Source: Saccostrea echinata
Lineage: Eukaryota
Direction of reading: 5' to 3'
Assembly: GCF_033153115.1 (NCBI RefSeq)
Contig: NW_026889779.1
Location: 1,860,001-1,924,000, forward strand
DNA: 64,000 nt
In this document: one piece after another, positions 27,701 through 42,700 of the stretch
Layout: each line of letters starts with the position of its first letter
Position numbering within the stretch: the stretch's first letter is position 1
Notes under the pieces: generated by a model
Told to the model about the DNA's origin: nothing
Databases searched by the model: none
Seen by the model: only the letters and a program-made list of their open reading frames with translations
Translations under genes and position numbers: made by a program

Positions 27701-30700
27701 AGCTAAGTAAGACAGGTTAAAAATACTTAACATGTTGATGAAGAATATGTTCTGTTGCTTGATTTGACACTGTTGACACACCCGTTTTGTTGTAAGTGAT
27801 AAAAAGCTTATAGATTAGATTAGTAAGATTACTTATAGCTACTTACAAATTCGACTATTTACAGTTTTTCCAGAAATATTTTCTTTCTTACATCTTTCTG
27901 CTGACCAATGAAAAAATTCAACCTTTTAAGGTTACTTTATTAATTGTTTTGGGTTTGTGTGGTTTTTATGACTTTGAAAGTTGAAGATCCAAATTACAGT
28001 GGCGCCTCGTTAATCCGGACACCTCCGTCCCCAGCGAAATCGTCCGGATAAATGAATCATCCGGATAAGTGAATCACTTCTTAAAAGGCGTACCCTCTTA
28101 AATCATATACATATGAGGATAGTGGTATCAAATGTGAAGACAAAGAAAACACCTTTATTTTACCTTGACTTATTGATTTTATTTTTATAGTTTTAAAAGA
28201 AATAATAGATATTTAAAAAAAAGAAAAAATTAAAATGTAATTTACACGATGAAAAATGGATAGGCAGTTTTATGTTGAGACTTCCTTTTCTAACACAGGA
28301 AACTTTATTCGCCTTCTATTTGACATGCAGTTACATGGGCTGATCAAATTTTGATCTGCTACTGTTTTATTTCGGCACATTTTTTTTATATTTATTGAAG
28401 CTCATATTAAGTAGAACTGTTCATTATCACCATTGAGAATGTTCAAATGATTAACCGCGTATATTCACTACATAGGGAAGTAAGTAACTAAATACTGCAA
28501 TTAGTGTACGTATTGCAAACATTCAACGTAAACACAAGCCATATTCAGGATTATCAATACTTTTTCTAGAAACTCCACGTTATATATCTTGAAAAGACAT
28601 GATCGGCATTTATAACTAATGCCAGTTACGTATTTCTTAGTGCATTAATAGAAATATATTTTCTTGAATTATGTATCATAATAAATTGTCTTATGAAAAG
28701 AAAAAAAAGTTTCAAATAATGTACGATCGTATTTTGATAAACTTACGTAACTCGATACCACGACGAAATCTCGTGATTTATTATTCAGTAAAAATTTTAT
28801 TTACAACTCTCCAAAATTCTCATAAATTTATATACGTTAGCAATTTAATTAATGCACAGTATAAGCTAAATTCTTCGGGCTTTATAATATAAAAGACGTG
28901 TGTTTTAGCTGAGGTAAACACACGCTAATTATAGACGCTATTGTTTAGAGGTCACAGGTAACCGCGTTCAAACTGACTCCACGGACGTTTTTACAATAAT
29001 TATCACTACTGCAAGAAAGGTGTGAAAAGTCGTTCCTCGAAAAATTACCGTCTGGATAAACGAGTCATTTTTTAATGAAATATTGCGTTTTGTAGTAGAA
29101 ATTGACCGTCCGGATCTGGAACGTGAATTTCCGGATTAATAAGACAGAATAACGTGGAAAAAATCGGTTCCCAAATAATATCGTCCGGAAGGTGAAGCGT
29201 CCGGATTATTGGCGTCCGGATTACCGCGGCGCCACTGTAGTTAATTTTATATAAAAGAATTTCAATCTCTGAAATTCTTAATTAGCCCAAATATCAAAGA
29301 ATGACGAGAGATAATGCAAAACAGAGACCCTTCTACATTTCATTTACTGTATATCAGGGCTTTCTACAAGATTTAAAAAAAAGAAAAAAAAGAAAACATG
29401 CAATATGTTTTCAAAAAAAATAAGAGGTACCTCTTGGAAGCAATTTTAATTATATATGTTATCAAATTTATCTCCATCAAATATTTTGGCTGGTACAATC
29501 ATGATTTCAGCCGGATAAAAGTACTGGGCACTAGCAGATTTTGAAAGGCCTGATATATCGAAAACAAGTTTTGTGTAATCTTGTGGAATTAATACATTTT
29601 CACTCTATGCTGATTGTAGATGTACATGTATAGAATTTACACAGTGCCAATAAGGTTAGTTTACTTGACGTGTGAAATTTTTCATCAGAACCAATCAAAT
29701 ACCCTTAAAGAGTTAGGAGTTAGGAGAAATCTATGGACTCCGAGGTCTTTGATGTGGATTGAAGCAGTTTATTGTGAGGAATGCAGGTGTCTTATCAGAT
29801 TTATATCCACCATGTCACATTACAAAGAGGCTTTCATACCCTAGTTATTTTAGTGAATAGAGCAAGCATATCTTGTCCTCACCTTTATGGACCTATTGAG
29901 GGTTCATTGTGTTTGCCTACAATGCAGTACTTTCACATGCTAGTTAAGATTTACTTTTAGGAAGAGATTATTACATATATATTAACAAGCAACTTGCACA
30001 CTGTAATTTATAATATTGTATGTGATTGTGGTAGGTGCTCCAGAGAGGCTGTATACTTGGATATGTTACATTTTCTCACTGTGCAGCACAAAGGCCTTAA
30101 GTTACTTGAAAGAAAAATGAGTTTTCTGCATCGAATAGACATACAACTCTAAATTGAAGCTTCATTTATAAACTGTGTATTTTCTGGGATTTCAATATCA
30201 TGATATGCTTATCAGGGATTAGAATTAACCCTTTAAAATTTAGCAGCAAAACGGGCTACTTACTTTCAAATTTCACTATCCCAGAATATTTACTAGCCCA
30301 TATAAAAAAGATCACTTATTGCCACATGAAGTTAATGCACGCTGATATGCGGCTTAACAGAAAACACATTACACCGTATAAATATAAGTACAGCACTGTA
30401 CCTAGATTTACCATATAAAATTCCGTTATTTTATTTACATAATGCGTCTTGTTAAAAAAAAAATTGTGTAGACATCTGTTGGTTGTATTTTTGTATTATT
30501 TCATCTAAATAAGAAACAATAACCATGATTTCAGTGGGAAAAAACTATGTTTATTAATGATATTACAACTGTGGACATTGGGCCATATAAATTTAAAATT
30601 TAGATTCTCATCCTAATTTGCTAAAAAATTGGGGCGGGTGGACGGATTTTATTTTTTATTTTTAATTATTGATAATATCTACATAACACTCTTCTTGCAC

Positions 30701-33700
30701 AAAATTTTCACATTATGTTAATGTCAATATGAATAGATTTTATTGTTCATTCTTTTAAATATCTAACAAAGATCTTTGTTACAGAAAATTAAAATATTTA
30801 TAGTTTTTATTAATGAATTTTCAAGTACACAGATACGGCACACGCCACACAAAATGGGGTGTGGATCCCAATAAATTGCCTTTGCTGTATGTATGAGGTA
30901 TTCAAGACTTCTCATTGGTTTTTCTCCAAATACCTTTTAAGTTTTACCAACAACTCCTTTTGTTTTGTGTGAAATATCACAGATTTCCACTGCTCCCAAA
31001 CTTTCGTTCTTGAGACGAGACACGTTCGACATTAAAATATGTCATTTTTGCAAAACAGGATGTATAAAACTGTAAAATATTCTACTGAGAAGCCTATGCT
31101 GAACAGTTTTAAGATTTACCATTTCCTTAGCACTATTATCCTCTAAAGTCTGCCGACGATCTTTTTTATAAAATACAAAATCACATACAATTGGCGATTT
31201 TTATAACTTGACCAGATGTCATTTTCTTCGTCAGTGTTTACTTGTTTAAAATCTCTTTAAAAACTTGCTCATGCTAGTGATGGTATCTACATGTATTTAA
31301 GTTATTTTTGCTTTTCTGCCTTCTCTATACTGGCTAATTATCTTTTCCCTATATATTTAAGCTGCCGATTTCTCTCCATTCTTCACATGGCTTTTGTGCT
31401 ATAAATAGTGCCACGCGACTTTTAATACAGACGGGAGATAACTCTTAAATTTTGACCGTGATTCTTGCTGAGTAAAAATACAAGTAAAAACTTTTGATAC
31501 CCAAAAACCAAAATAAAAAAACAACGGGGCGGGGCACTTTGAGAGGGGCGGGCGGGGATGAGAATCTAAAGTTTAATTTTACCTGGCCTTGAGGAAATTC
31601 TGGTCTCCCACCAGGCTAGTGCCCTATGAAGTTATTGTCACCTGTATGAGTATTAATATTAATATTTGCCCTGAGTGAGTTGTTGACTGTTAATTTTAAT
31701 CCCTGTTAATGATGATTATATACTTTTTAATTTTATTTGATGTTTGGATTCAAACCATGTATATTGTGTATCTTAATTGTCAGAAACCCTGTAAATATGA
31801 ATATATGATTTTGTATGAACTTGTAATGTATATTGCTGATTTATTGGTTTATTCGGATCTCTTATTCAATACCGAATTTTTTTCAGTCCCTGGCAGCAAA
31901 CACAGACTTTCAGCGTCATGACTATAAGTTTGTTCCAATGGTTGCCTTTATGTGTAACAAGCCCACCATGCACACATCTCCGGTAGGCTGGCAGGCCGAC
32001 TCTAAACAAGACTGTCTCCATGAGCCTAAGGAGATTCTTCAATACTGTCAAAAGGTAAATATTGCAAAGAAGAGTGCACAGTTATTGTCCATTCCCACTT
32101 TCCCGTACTTTCCCTCAATCATGTTCATGGACCCCTTCAATTCCTTGACTTCAATTCAACATGTTCAACATTATTATGTGTTTGAGAATAACAGACTTAT
32201 TTATAATGAATGCAAAGCATGTACCGGTATTTCAAAGTTAAGTTTTATAAATTTCAAAAGATAGACTTACAGGTCATTTTTTCTAACCAAGAGCATTATG
32301 CATACATTATGAAGGTGTATTCCCAGGTGCACTTATTTAATCAGTTTTGTGGTATTTGTGGGGCACCAAATAAAGTTAGGGAAAACAAACAAAGGAGTAA
32401 GAGGAAATGGGACTAATATATTCTGTTTTGTCAGACTTGTGTAGTTAGATTTGCTTAATTTATTAACATTTTTATGTTAATTGATAGTTCTGATCATATG
32501 TCAGCAGTGAAAACATGGAAATAAGTAATAGTGGGGGTTTGTTTTGTTTTGTTTTTTTTTTTTTGCACATTTATCTAGATATTGAGAATTTTCTGTTGGT
32601 CTAGACATATAAAATACAATACACTGATCATTAGTTGTTTAATTTAATGGCCAGTTCAATCTGGATTCAAACCAATTTAATGGACATGTAATGTAATGAA
32701 GTGCTTTTAACTTGTGTTATTCATTTACAATCAGTTTATGGTTCACAAAGTTTGTAAATCTAGAGGTACAAGTTCATGTAACAGTAATTAGTACATGCAC
32801 CATATTCCTGCAGGAAGGCTAGAAATAATGAAATACTTCTTTAGAACCATAAAAGATATTAGATATGTATTGCATTATGCCTGATCTGACATTTGGGGAC
32901 CAGTTTTAGCTGACTGGCACTGCCTCAACTTGATCATTGATATTGATTTTGCTATACTGATTGCAGTGAGACTGTATATTGGATAGACCTGCATACTGCT
33001 GCTCAGGTGGTCATGAATAAAGTATATATTATATGAGTAGGAATAACCTGGTATCATGTAGCAAGCCATGCCCTTTAATTTATTTGTACCTCATTGTGTT
33101 TGTGTTTTAGAGCATACCTAGATAATCTCAATACATTCATTTAAGGCATTGGGGGGGGGGGGGGGATAAATCAGTTTACTTATGTCTTGTCTAGACTGAG
33201 ATGATTTTCACTTTATCATTGTATCAGATTATTTCAGTCATGATTTTTGATTTCACCAGTCATTTTTGTAATTCTTGATATCATGTGACATAGATCTATA
33301 CCCTCAGAAAAAGCTGAGATTACTTAGAGCCTGATGGCATACACATAATAAGGCATATTGCTCATTGTTGGTTTAACAGATAAGAGACTCCAGTATATAT
33401 ATATAGATATATACTGAATATATAAATTTCAATGCATTACCCCCAGTAATGCTAGATGGTCAGTGTCATTAGAAAAATCAAATTGCAAAGAAAATTGTGT
33501 ACAGTAAATTAGAGTTCACAAAGGATTGACATTACGTGTAAGGAATTAAATATGGTAGATGTCAAGGGAGTCATCGCAAATGTCTCCATGCATTCAATGT
33601 GCTCTGGACCAGTCGGATTGAGTGTATTATTCTGAAGGATAACAATATTAAGTGAAATATGCTTATGGGTAGTTAGAGACATGAGGAGAAATTTGTAAAA

Positions 33701-36700
33701 TGTTTACAAAAGTATGCAAAGCTTTTTTATGCAAATCTTGATAACTTGGCTTACTATCTTTACAGCTGTACCCCAATATGACCATTACAAACATTGTTGA
33801 GGACCATGAAGTAACCATCAGAAACTGGCCAGATTCACATGGTCATCAGCATAACCACAAAGTACAGCCATACAGATGTGTTGGTATGCACTTATTTAAC
33901 ATCATGTCAGAAAATTAAAGTTGCAATTCTGCATGCCAAAATGAAGACGTAGTATTATGTCTTGTTTTCTTGTTTACACACTTCATAAGCATGATAAGTG
34001 GACGTACAATTTCAGCATTCAAAAACTGACCTACATTTATTAGCTATTAATATTTCTTCAAAATCTGACAACAAAATTTAAAATGGAGTACCCACTTGCA
34101 ATTTGTGTGGATATGGTAATTTTAATGCCTAGTATTTGTTTACTACTGGTTTGTAAATGTATTAGGAAGTACTGGTTGGTTAAAAATGGAACATTAGTGC
34201 CAATTTGACATTGGAAGAGAAAACTTAGTCCCCACCCACCTAACCCCCTTCCTTTTTGCAAACAATGAAAAAATCGAGCATTTTCTTGTTTGTAAGCCTG
34301 AAAATAAAAAAAAGTTGGCCTTAGAAATATTTGTTATGTATCAATTAATAATCACAGATGTTTTATAAACCATTTGATTTTGAATCAGTCAGTGACTGCC
34401 AGGATAAAAGCACAGTATGTATTGTATTTTTTTTTTTTTTTGACATTGATAGTGGGTCCATTTGAGAGTGATGCTCTTTTAGTCCCTCAACATTGCCACT
34501 TCTATCATGAACACAATCAGTGTGACACATACAAGAAGTGGGGTGACTGGGCCACATCAGACTGTGTGGCCAAGGGAATGAGGATCGACAGCTTCTCCAT
34601 GCTGCTGGACTGTGACATTGACAGGTTTGCTGGGGTGGAGTATGTCTGCTGTCCCAAGGAGAAAAGTAAGTCATCAATCGGCAGAGCTGTCAGACATCTG
34701 CTGTGATCACCATGGTTCAGGTGATTATGGTGTGATGGTGAGGGTAAATTACTTTGTACATGTTGTAACCATTGCATTTGCATAAATGACTTGTTCCTAC
34801 AGATTGACATGTGTATGTTTGGGAAACAAGATGCGCTTGATGGAATTCGTAATAGAGTTAGAAATCATTGAAGATTTTTTATGGAATGAAACACTTTTCC
34901 GTATTGCAGTATGTAGTGCAGAACTGATTCTTACATTTGCATGTAACTGAAAATAGAAAAAAAATTCTTTTTCATTACACTATTTGATTGGGAGGTTGAT
35001 GAGAAAACTTGATTTTTTATTTATCACATTTTCAAGTACAATATGCCATCATCTCATAATGGAGAGAAAATTATAGAAAGATGTAAACTTGCAAGAATCT
35101 TATAGAACTTAAATTTTAAAGAGTGTCAATGATAATCAAATCTTTCACATTTTATTTTACACATTTTAATGCCATGGGTTGTCTCCAGGTAACATGTACA
35201 CCTGTAGCACCTCAACTGCTACAGAGAGTGTGCAGATAAATTACACAATGTAACTCTTATTTCAATAATTAGTAAACAAAGCAACTCTTCATAATTGTGT
35301 ATATATCATGTTTATGATATTGATAGAAGCTGTTTTATGACTAAGAAATATTAGCTGGGACAAATTGGTATTAGTTTTCCTCCTTTTTTGATTTAGATTT
35401 AATTGTGCTTCAAAAATATAGCATAATAAATATTCAAATTAGATTGACATTACAGATATTAGACATTTTACCAATTAATTTTAGCAGTGGAAAAAAGGGG
35501 GTGTCATTTTTTGTCCTATTCAGAGGATCCTTCTTTTGGGCCTAAATTACAGAAAGCTAAGATTGTAATGTATATGACACATCATGGGACTTTGTTCATA
35601 ATACTCAAATTGTAAAATCGAAATGTAAAAAAAAAAAAAAAAAAAAAAAACAGATTATTTGACAAGGAAAACAGCTCATAAAACCTTAAACGATTGACAG
35701 GTACTTAATAATGGGAATTACAACTGCAAATGCACATTGTAAGCAGTATTTATAGTTAGGGGCTTAACTTCAGAGATCATTTGAGGCTAACTTCAATGAT
35801 TACCAGATTTGCTAAATCCATTTCCTTGTTATTTTTGACACTTCATGTAGATAATGATTTTTCATGCATACTTAATTAGCCTATAAGGACAACAGAGTGT
35901 GGGTTGGAGAGGAAGTCATTTGGAAACTTAACATTGAATGTAATATTGGGAAAGCAGCTGTTTATGATATTTTGACAATCATGATTTTCAAATATACAAA
36001 ATTCAGAAATAAGAAATTGTGCTACTGACATTCATTTTATATTGCTTTCCATACTGAATAGTTAGTTTGATATATACTTTCTCCTTGGTGTTTTGACCTT
36101 TTAGCAATCTTTTTGCTGTAAACAGAAAATGTTAATCTGTTAGTCATTTGTGATCAACTAAGGTTCATTAATGGATTCTTTATCTTTATGGATGAGAGTT
36201 TCTATTTACACAGAATTCACCATTATAGCAGTCAGTCAATAATTTGTACAGCTTCAGAACCCTCAGATTGAAAAAAATCAATGGATAATGTGATGCTTCT
36301 ACATGCAGAGTACAAATAGAAAGAATTATTTCTATTGTCTCTGAACTATGGGTAGAAACCAAACTCCAGGCTATTGTTTTGAGCCTCCATACTCATTATG
36401 AATTGATTAAAATTATTGAATTTATAGTAGCCTAATTACATTTTAACATTTTCTGTAGCTTTACACTAATGTGTGTGCAAACAGTCACTACAGACTAGGG
36501 TAATATTCATATGTAAATAATCTTACATGATAATTTGTGTTTTATTTGTTGATTTTTCTTGCTGATAAAAGCCATTATGGAAATTGTATCAGAGATAGGT
36601 AAATAAGTTATAGCCTACAAGAATTTGTTGGAAACAGACTGTGTGAAACAGTTGATGCTTTGGCATCTAGCCAGCCCTCTTTGATGCTAGCTCTATGAAG

Positions 36701-39700
36701 AGTTATAAAAATATTGATTTTATAACAGCCGGAAAATTAGGCATCAAAAAATTCTTCCACAAAGCAAATTCACCAGATAGCAAGTGCTCTAGAACTTATA
36801 ATGTGGATATCTGATGAAGCATTCAGTGTTTCTTGGTTAACTGTTAGGTCAGAGAGGATTTCTCATTTCTTCAGTAAAAAGTGCACAGATGTCAGAAACA
36901 AAAAAATACTTGATACATGTATATTGTGTAAACTTACTGGCCCTGTACGATAAGATTTTTAGAACTAGTGTGACTGTGTTGTATTCATTAAAAAGCCTTT
37001 TAAGCCAGCTGCTGAATAGTCAATGACTTGGACTTGCAAGCTGTAAATACATATAATGTTGTACTCAAGGTCATCCATATGTACATGTACCAGTGCTAAA
37101 TAAGTTTAATTAGTATACTCCGTATTGCAATTGTGCTCACTGTGCATATAAAGTACATGTAGACAGGGTCTGACTATAGGCCTATGTGCTGAATCACTGT
37201 ATTGCAGCAAGTAATAGTCTACAGATAAATGAATCATCAGGAGTATTACTCATCCCACAATTCTACCCTAACGTTAGTCCATCACCATGAAATGGACTGG
37301 GATGAATGAACAGAATAGCAGGCTTGGAGAGGGGATCGATGAACATTCCATATTTCTTTTCATGTTACTTTTGTTAATACCCAAAAAACAATTGATTTAA
37401 TTTAGCATTGTTCTTCAGTTAATAAATAGTGAATAAACCCAGAGCTGTGTGTGTGTATTGATCCATCCTACTGTAGAAAAAGGATGGATTATGCTGCAAT
37501 TCCAGAACAGAACATAGTCCCTAATAGACATTCTGTTTCCAGCAATTACTTTACCAAAGGAAAGGATCAATATGCAGTGCAGAGGATATAAGTTATGCAA
37601 ATTGGATACAAAATGTGGCAAACTCTTGTAATGGGTGATTTACTATAGTCTGTCAAGCAGACAGGTCTTTTTATGGTTATATTTCCATTAGTTTTCTGTC
37701 ATGTTCCTATGTCAGAAAGAACCTTGATGCATTTCAATCAATAGATAGCAGAATGAAGGCAGCTGTATGTATAATGAACACTAATTCTGGGATAAAACCA
37801 CAGTCTGTCCAATAGCATTTCATGACCAGATATTTACATCAGTCTGATTAACACAGAGCAGGGTCTAATACTCTATGTACTTTTGTTTTTTATCATTAGA
37901 AATATTCAGAATTTTTAAATACCTTTCTGAAAAATAGCACAGGACATACAATGCAGAATTAAGACTCGGGATAGAAAGATTAAGAAGTAGGAGATCAGTT
38001 TCCTAAAGGCATTTTATGTTTCAAATCTATCTAGTAAACATAGTGTTAGTCATGTTAATTGGAAAAAGGAATAAATAATAGCCTTTATCTTAATGCAATT
38101 GTTCACTGAAACATTTCTTGTGATTTTCATCCATAATTTACATAATACCATTGATAAGAACTCGACTGAAGATAAAGATGCAAGGGTAGGATTCAAAAGC
38201 TGGTGTGATTGAAGCCTTAGAGAGGGGATGTTTTAACAATCACATGAATCATGGTCAGCTAAATTGCGTTCTTAATCAAAGGTATTTTAATGAAGGGAAT
38301 GCACCTTACAAAAACAAATTTAATGCTTAAGGCAAAATCACACATACACTGAAGATTTAATGAGATTCAGCTGGTTATAGGTATAAGGCTACACCATCTA
38401 TTCATGTTATGTTTGTGCATCATTTCTAATTTTTTAATTTCACTTTTCAGAGGCCATTGACAAAGCAGTCACATTAAAACCAGTGAAAGAGCAAACAGAG
38501 CACATCACAATAGATGACACATATGATGCATATATTGCATATCTCAGAGGTGATGAAAAATTTCTCAAAAAATTTGGCAATGAGCACAGCAAGTTTTTAG
38601 CTGCTATGAAGGCCATGAACATGCGCCACCACGGGAGAATTACCAAGGTGTTTAACTTTTGCTTCATTTACATTAATAAGTTTTACTTCTTTTTGATCAT
38701 GTACTGTCTTGAAAGAGTAGGATGTAAGTGAATTTCACAGATACATATTATACTGTGAGAACAGGAAAGCGTAAGATTTTTGTTATTCAAAAACCTTGTG
38801 TAAGACATTAAATATAATGTAGATCACCAGATTTTTTAAGGCACACATATATATACATGTATTATGAGCTAGACGAAATTTTCATGAAGTTGTATATAAT
38901 CCATACTAAAAAGATATATATATGCGAGAATGAAATTTTCGCAAGCATACCATCTCGCATAATTACACTCAAATATAAACTTCTCATGAATAAAAGGTAT
39001 TTTACAGTAGTCAGGTTTTGGAAAGTTACCTTGGCAGATATATCTGTCAGGCATGTTACCATGCCATTAGATAGATGTATTTGACTCAGAAAGGCTTGTA
39101 AAGTGAAATTATCTCAAGGTTCCCTTAACAGTAATTAGTTATTGATTTGAATTTTAGATGATGAAAGAATGGCAGACAGCCAGGAAACATGTCAACAATA
39201 TGAAGAAGACAAATCCCAAAGCTGCTGACAAACTCAACAAGAACATCCTACAGGTCTCTTAGGGTTTATTTTATTTTTCTTCACTTTTTGTGTGATATAA
39301 CACAGGGGGAGACATTGAAGAAAGTCAGGGTAGTCAATTTTAAGCAAAAATGATATGTATTGTAGCTAAGTTAATACACTGGTATTTTTAAAGTGGCAGT
39401 TTTAATCATTAGAGTTGTTCACTTACATTGTATCGGTACCTTTTGTACCACATTGCAAAATTGACTTCCATGAGTTTTGCAGAAGTATTATACAAATGTT
39501 AAAACAAAGTTGAGAAGGTTGAAGCTGAAGCATTCAAATCAGCAATTTTTTCTAACCACTGGGAAAGCGTCCGGTACAGGTTCGATTGGGAAAAATAGCA
39601 TTGAAGTAGAACAAAGGAGGATTTTCTGTCATTTAAACAAATGAAACATATTTTGCATTTATTCCAACCTCATTACATATTACTCCGTGTTTTAATGAAT

Positions 39701-42700
39701 AAACAACAAGTATTTACTGTTTTTCATATCAATGTCCCTTGTTTTCGCATTTTCATGCTGTCAATTTGTCAAAATGTATGACACTATGCTGTCTACACCA
39801 CAGGTCCCGCCATATTACAACTAATCTCTACTTTCGATTTAAGTGGAAGTGAAACAATTAGTCAACTTGTACAATGTTTCATATAAAAAGAATACGATGT
39901 CATCATATTCTGTTGCTTGGCAGTGGAATTGGGAATTCTTAGTCTCAAAATAGGGAAAAATTAACATTTTTTGGCAATGGGAATGGTACCATTTATCAGT
40001 ACCAGTTATACAAGAAAAAAAAACACTGCAAATGCAGCAGAGCTGAAGTTTCTCCAAGAAAAAAAAAATAAACACTTTCCAAAATATTTTAGATGATAAG
40101 CTAACAGATGAATTCTTATGATTTAATTTAAAGCATACCAATTGTTATGTACAATGTACTTTACCATGTTGTTGAATTTGTTTTGTTTGTTGTCTGTTGT
40201 CAGCGATTCCAGAAGTTGTACAACAGCTACCAGCAGTCCGACGCTGCGGAGAAGAAGCAGTTAGTGGCTCTCCACCTCCAACACAGACAGGGAGAACTGA
40301 ACAGTAAAAAGAGGAAGGAGTTAGAGGCCTACATGGGGGAACTCCAGAAGAGCCATGTCAAGGTTTGTTGATTGAGTCCTTTGAGATGATTTACAATAAT
40401 AATTCCAATACATGTACTTAGACTTCCACCACTACGTAGAAAGTTTTGTTCAAATATACATTATTGTTTTTAAAATGTATGCTGTTCTCACTGTTGGACA
40501 CGGTGAACTGCAAAGCATTCCTTAAGATGAATACACTTTCTGTGATGTGTTTTAACAATTTGATGTCACAGTTTGACATGTTCAGTCCTAGAAGTAGGAA
40601 CAGAATGGTAAAAATGGGAAAGCCATTGCTAAAGATTCAGTTGAAGAATTTCAGACATTTTATTCTTATATGAAATAGTATGATTTACAAGTCTTTACTG
40701 TTCACTTCCTTTATTTCATTTAGTCTGGTGCTGTGATGAAGCATTTAGAGCACTACATTCGTGTGGAAGAGAAGGATCGTTTACACTCACTGAATCATTT
40801 CACTCATGTTAAAAAGACAAACCCAGAGGAAGCCAAGCTTATCCAGTCACAGGTCATTGAACACATGAAGGTCATTGATGAGCGCATCAAGCAGAGTCTG
40901 GATATGCTTCATCACTTCCCCAAGGTGGAGAACAAACTGAAGCCACAGATAGGTAGGAGTAGAGACTGTATTCTGAGTGCAAGCTTGTAAAGAAGTCTAA
41001 TGTGTAAATTATGGGTCGATTTTTTGATGACTGGCTTTAATATGAATGGAAATAATGAAGTTTGTACGTTGTTAGTTAATACAAAATAAATGTCAGAGTT
41101 TTAAGTTTATATTTTTTATTTAAAACTTGTAGATAAATTCATGAAGCACTACAGTGGTTTAGCAGAGAGTGCCAAGAACATTGTGATGAGACCCATAACT
41201 GTACAGGAGAAGAAAGAGTCCAATAAAGGTAACACTATTGTAGGGAGCATGCACAACACACAGGGTTCTGGGCAAAATGGGGAAAAATTACAGTACAATT
41301 GTTTATTATAATAATTAATTTGTCACACAAAATATGAAAATGAGTGACTATTATCATGGTAAGTGTTAATCTCAAAGCAATATTTTGGGAAAGTGCCATG
41401 CTTGTATAGTCTCCTATGAATGTGTATTATGTTTTGAGGGTCTTTTTTTCAATGACAATGAAACAATAAATTTTATTTTTTCAAGGATTTAGTCATTCAA
41501 CATACTTAGATACATGTATTACTTGATACCTTGCAAATTCAAGATTTTGGATTCCAAAAAGGCTAATATTACTTTTATGACACACTTTCACTTTTGATTC
41601 AAATGATCAGATTCTGGATGATTTTGTGGTCATGGCCAAGTAATTACACATTCAGTTACAATTTTTTTAGCCATGACAGTTAAGCATTTTAAATAGCAGA
41701 CAATATTGTAATATAATTATAAATTAATGTTAGGGTTTTTTCCCCATCTCAACGGAGTTATAGCTTGTGAGTGTGGAGGGGTGAGTGCATGCATGTGTTA
41801 CAGAAGTTACAAAATCAGTTATTTATATTGGAATCATCGTTCCGTTTTGCTAGGGGAATTCCTTCTTTGCAGTTCCCTTGTTATATTTTTAAAATAAATT
41901 ATGTTGGGCATTAGAAATTTTTGTCCTTGACCTTGGAGTTTGACCTACTTTTGAAAAACTTTAACCTTGGCCATAACTTTTGAACAGTTGGTGCTTGGGG
42001 TTTCAAACTTCACATGTGTTTTCCTTGTGACAAGACCTTCCTCTGGATATCGACCTCTTTGACCTTGACCTAGGAGTTTGACCTACTTAGAGCTAGGACT
42101 TTCATACTTCACATATGTAATCCTTGTGACAAGACCTTCGTTTGGATACCAACCACTTTGACCTTTTGACCTTGACCTAGGAGTTTGACCTACATTTGAA
42201 AAACTTTAACCTTGGCCATAATTTTTGAATGGTTGGTGCTAGGGCTTTCATACTTCACATATGTAATCCTTGTGACAATTTTAAATTTAAATTTAAATTT
42301 AAAAAACTTTAACCTTCACCATAACTTTTGAACAGTTGCAGCTAGGGCTTTCAAATTTAACATTTTTTATCTTTTGGCCTGGATTTTGACTTGCATTTGA
42401 GAAACTTTAACCTTCACCATAAGCTGCCATACGGGGGCATCAGTGTTCACAAACACATCTTGTTAACATCTGGATTAGAGCATTCTATATAAAATTTATA
42501 ACATTTCATAGAACTTACAGAATGAGGTAAAAATTGCAAATTTTACAGAAAAATTGAGTGGTATCATGAGTGAATTAACATTATTATTGGATGACAAATG
42601 CTCAGATAAAAAATGTATTTCTGCATTAGACTTGGGTAGAAATACGTTGTATTTTGAGGTTGCGCCGCCTGGTCAGGCCATTGCAACAATTCATTAAAAA

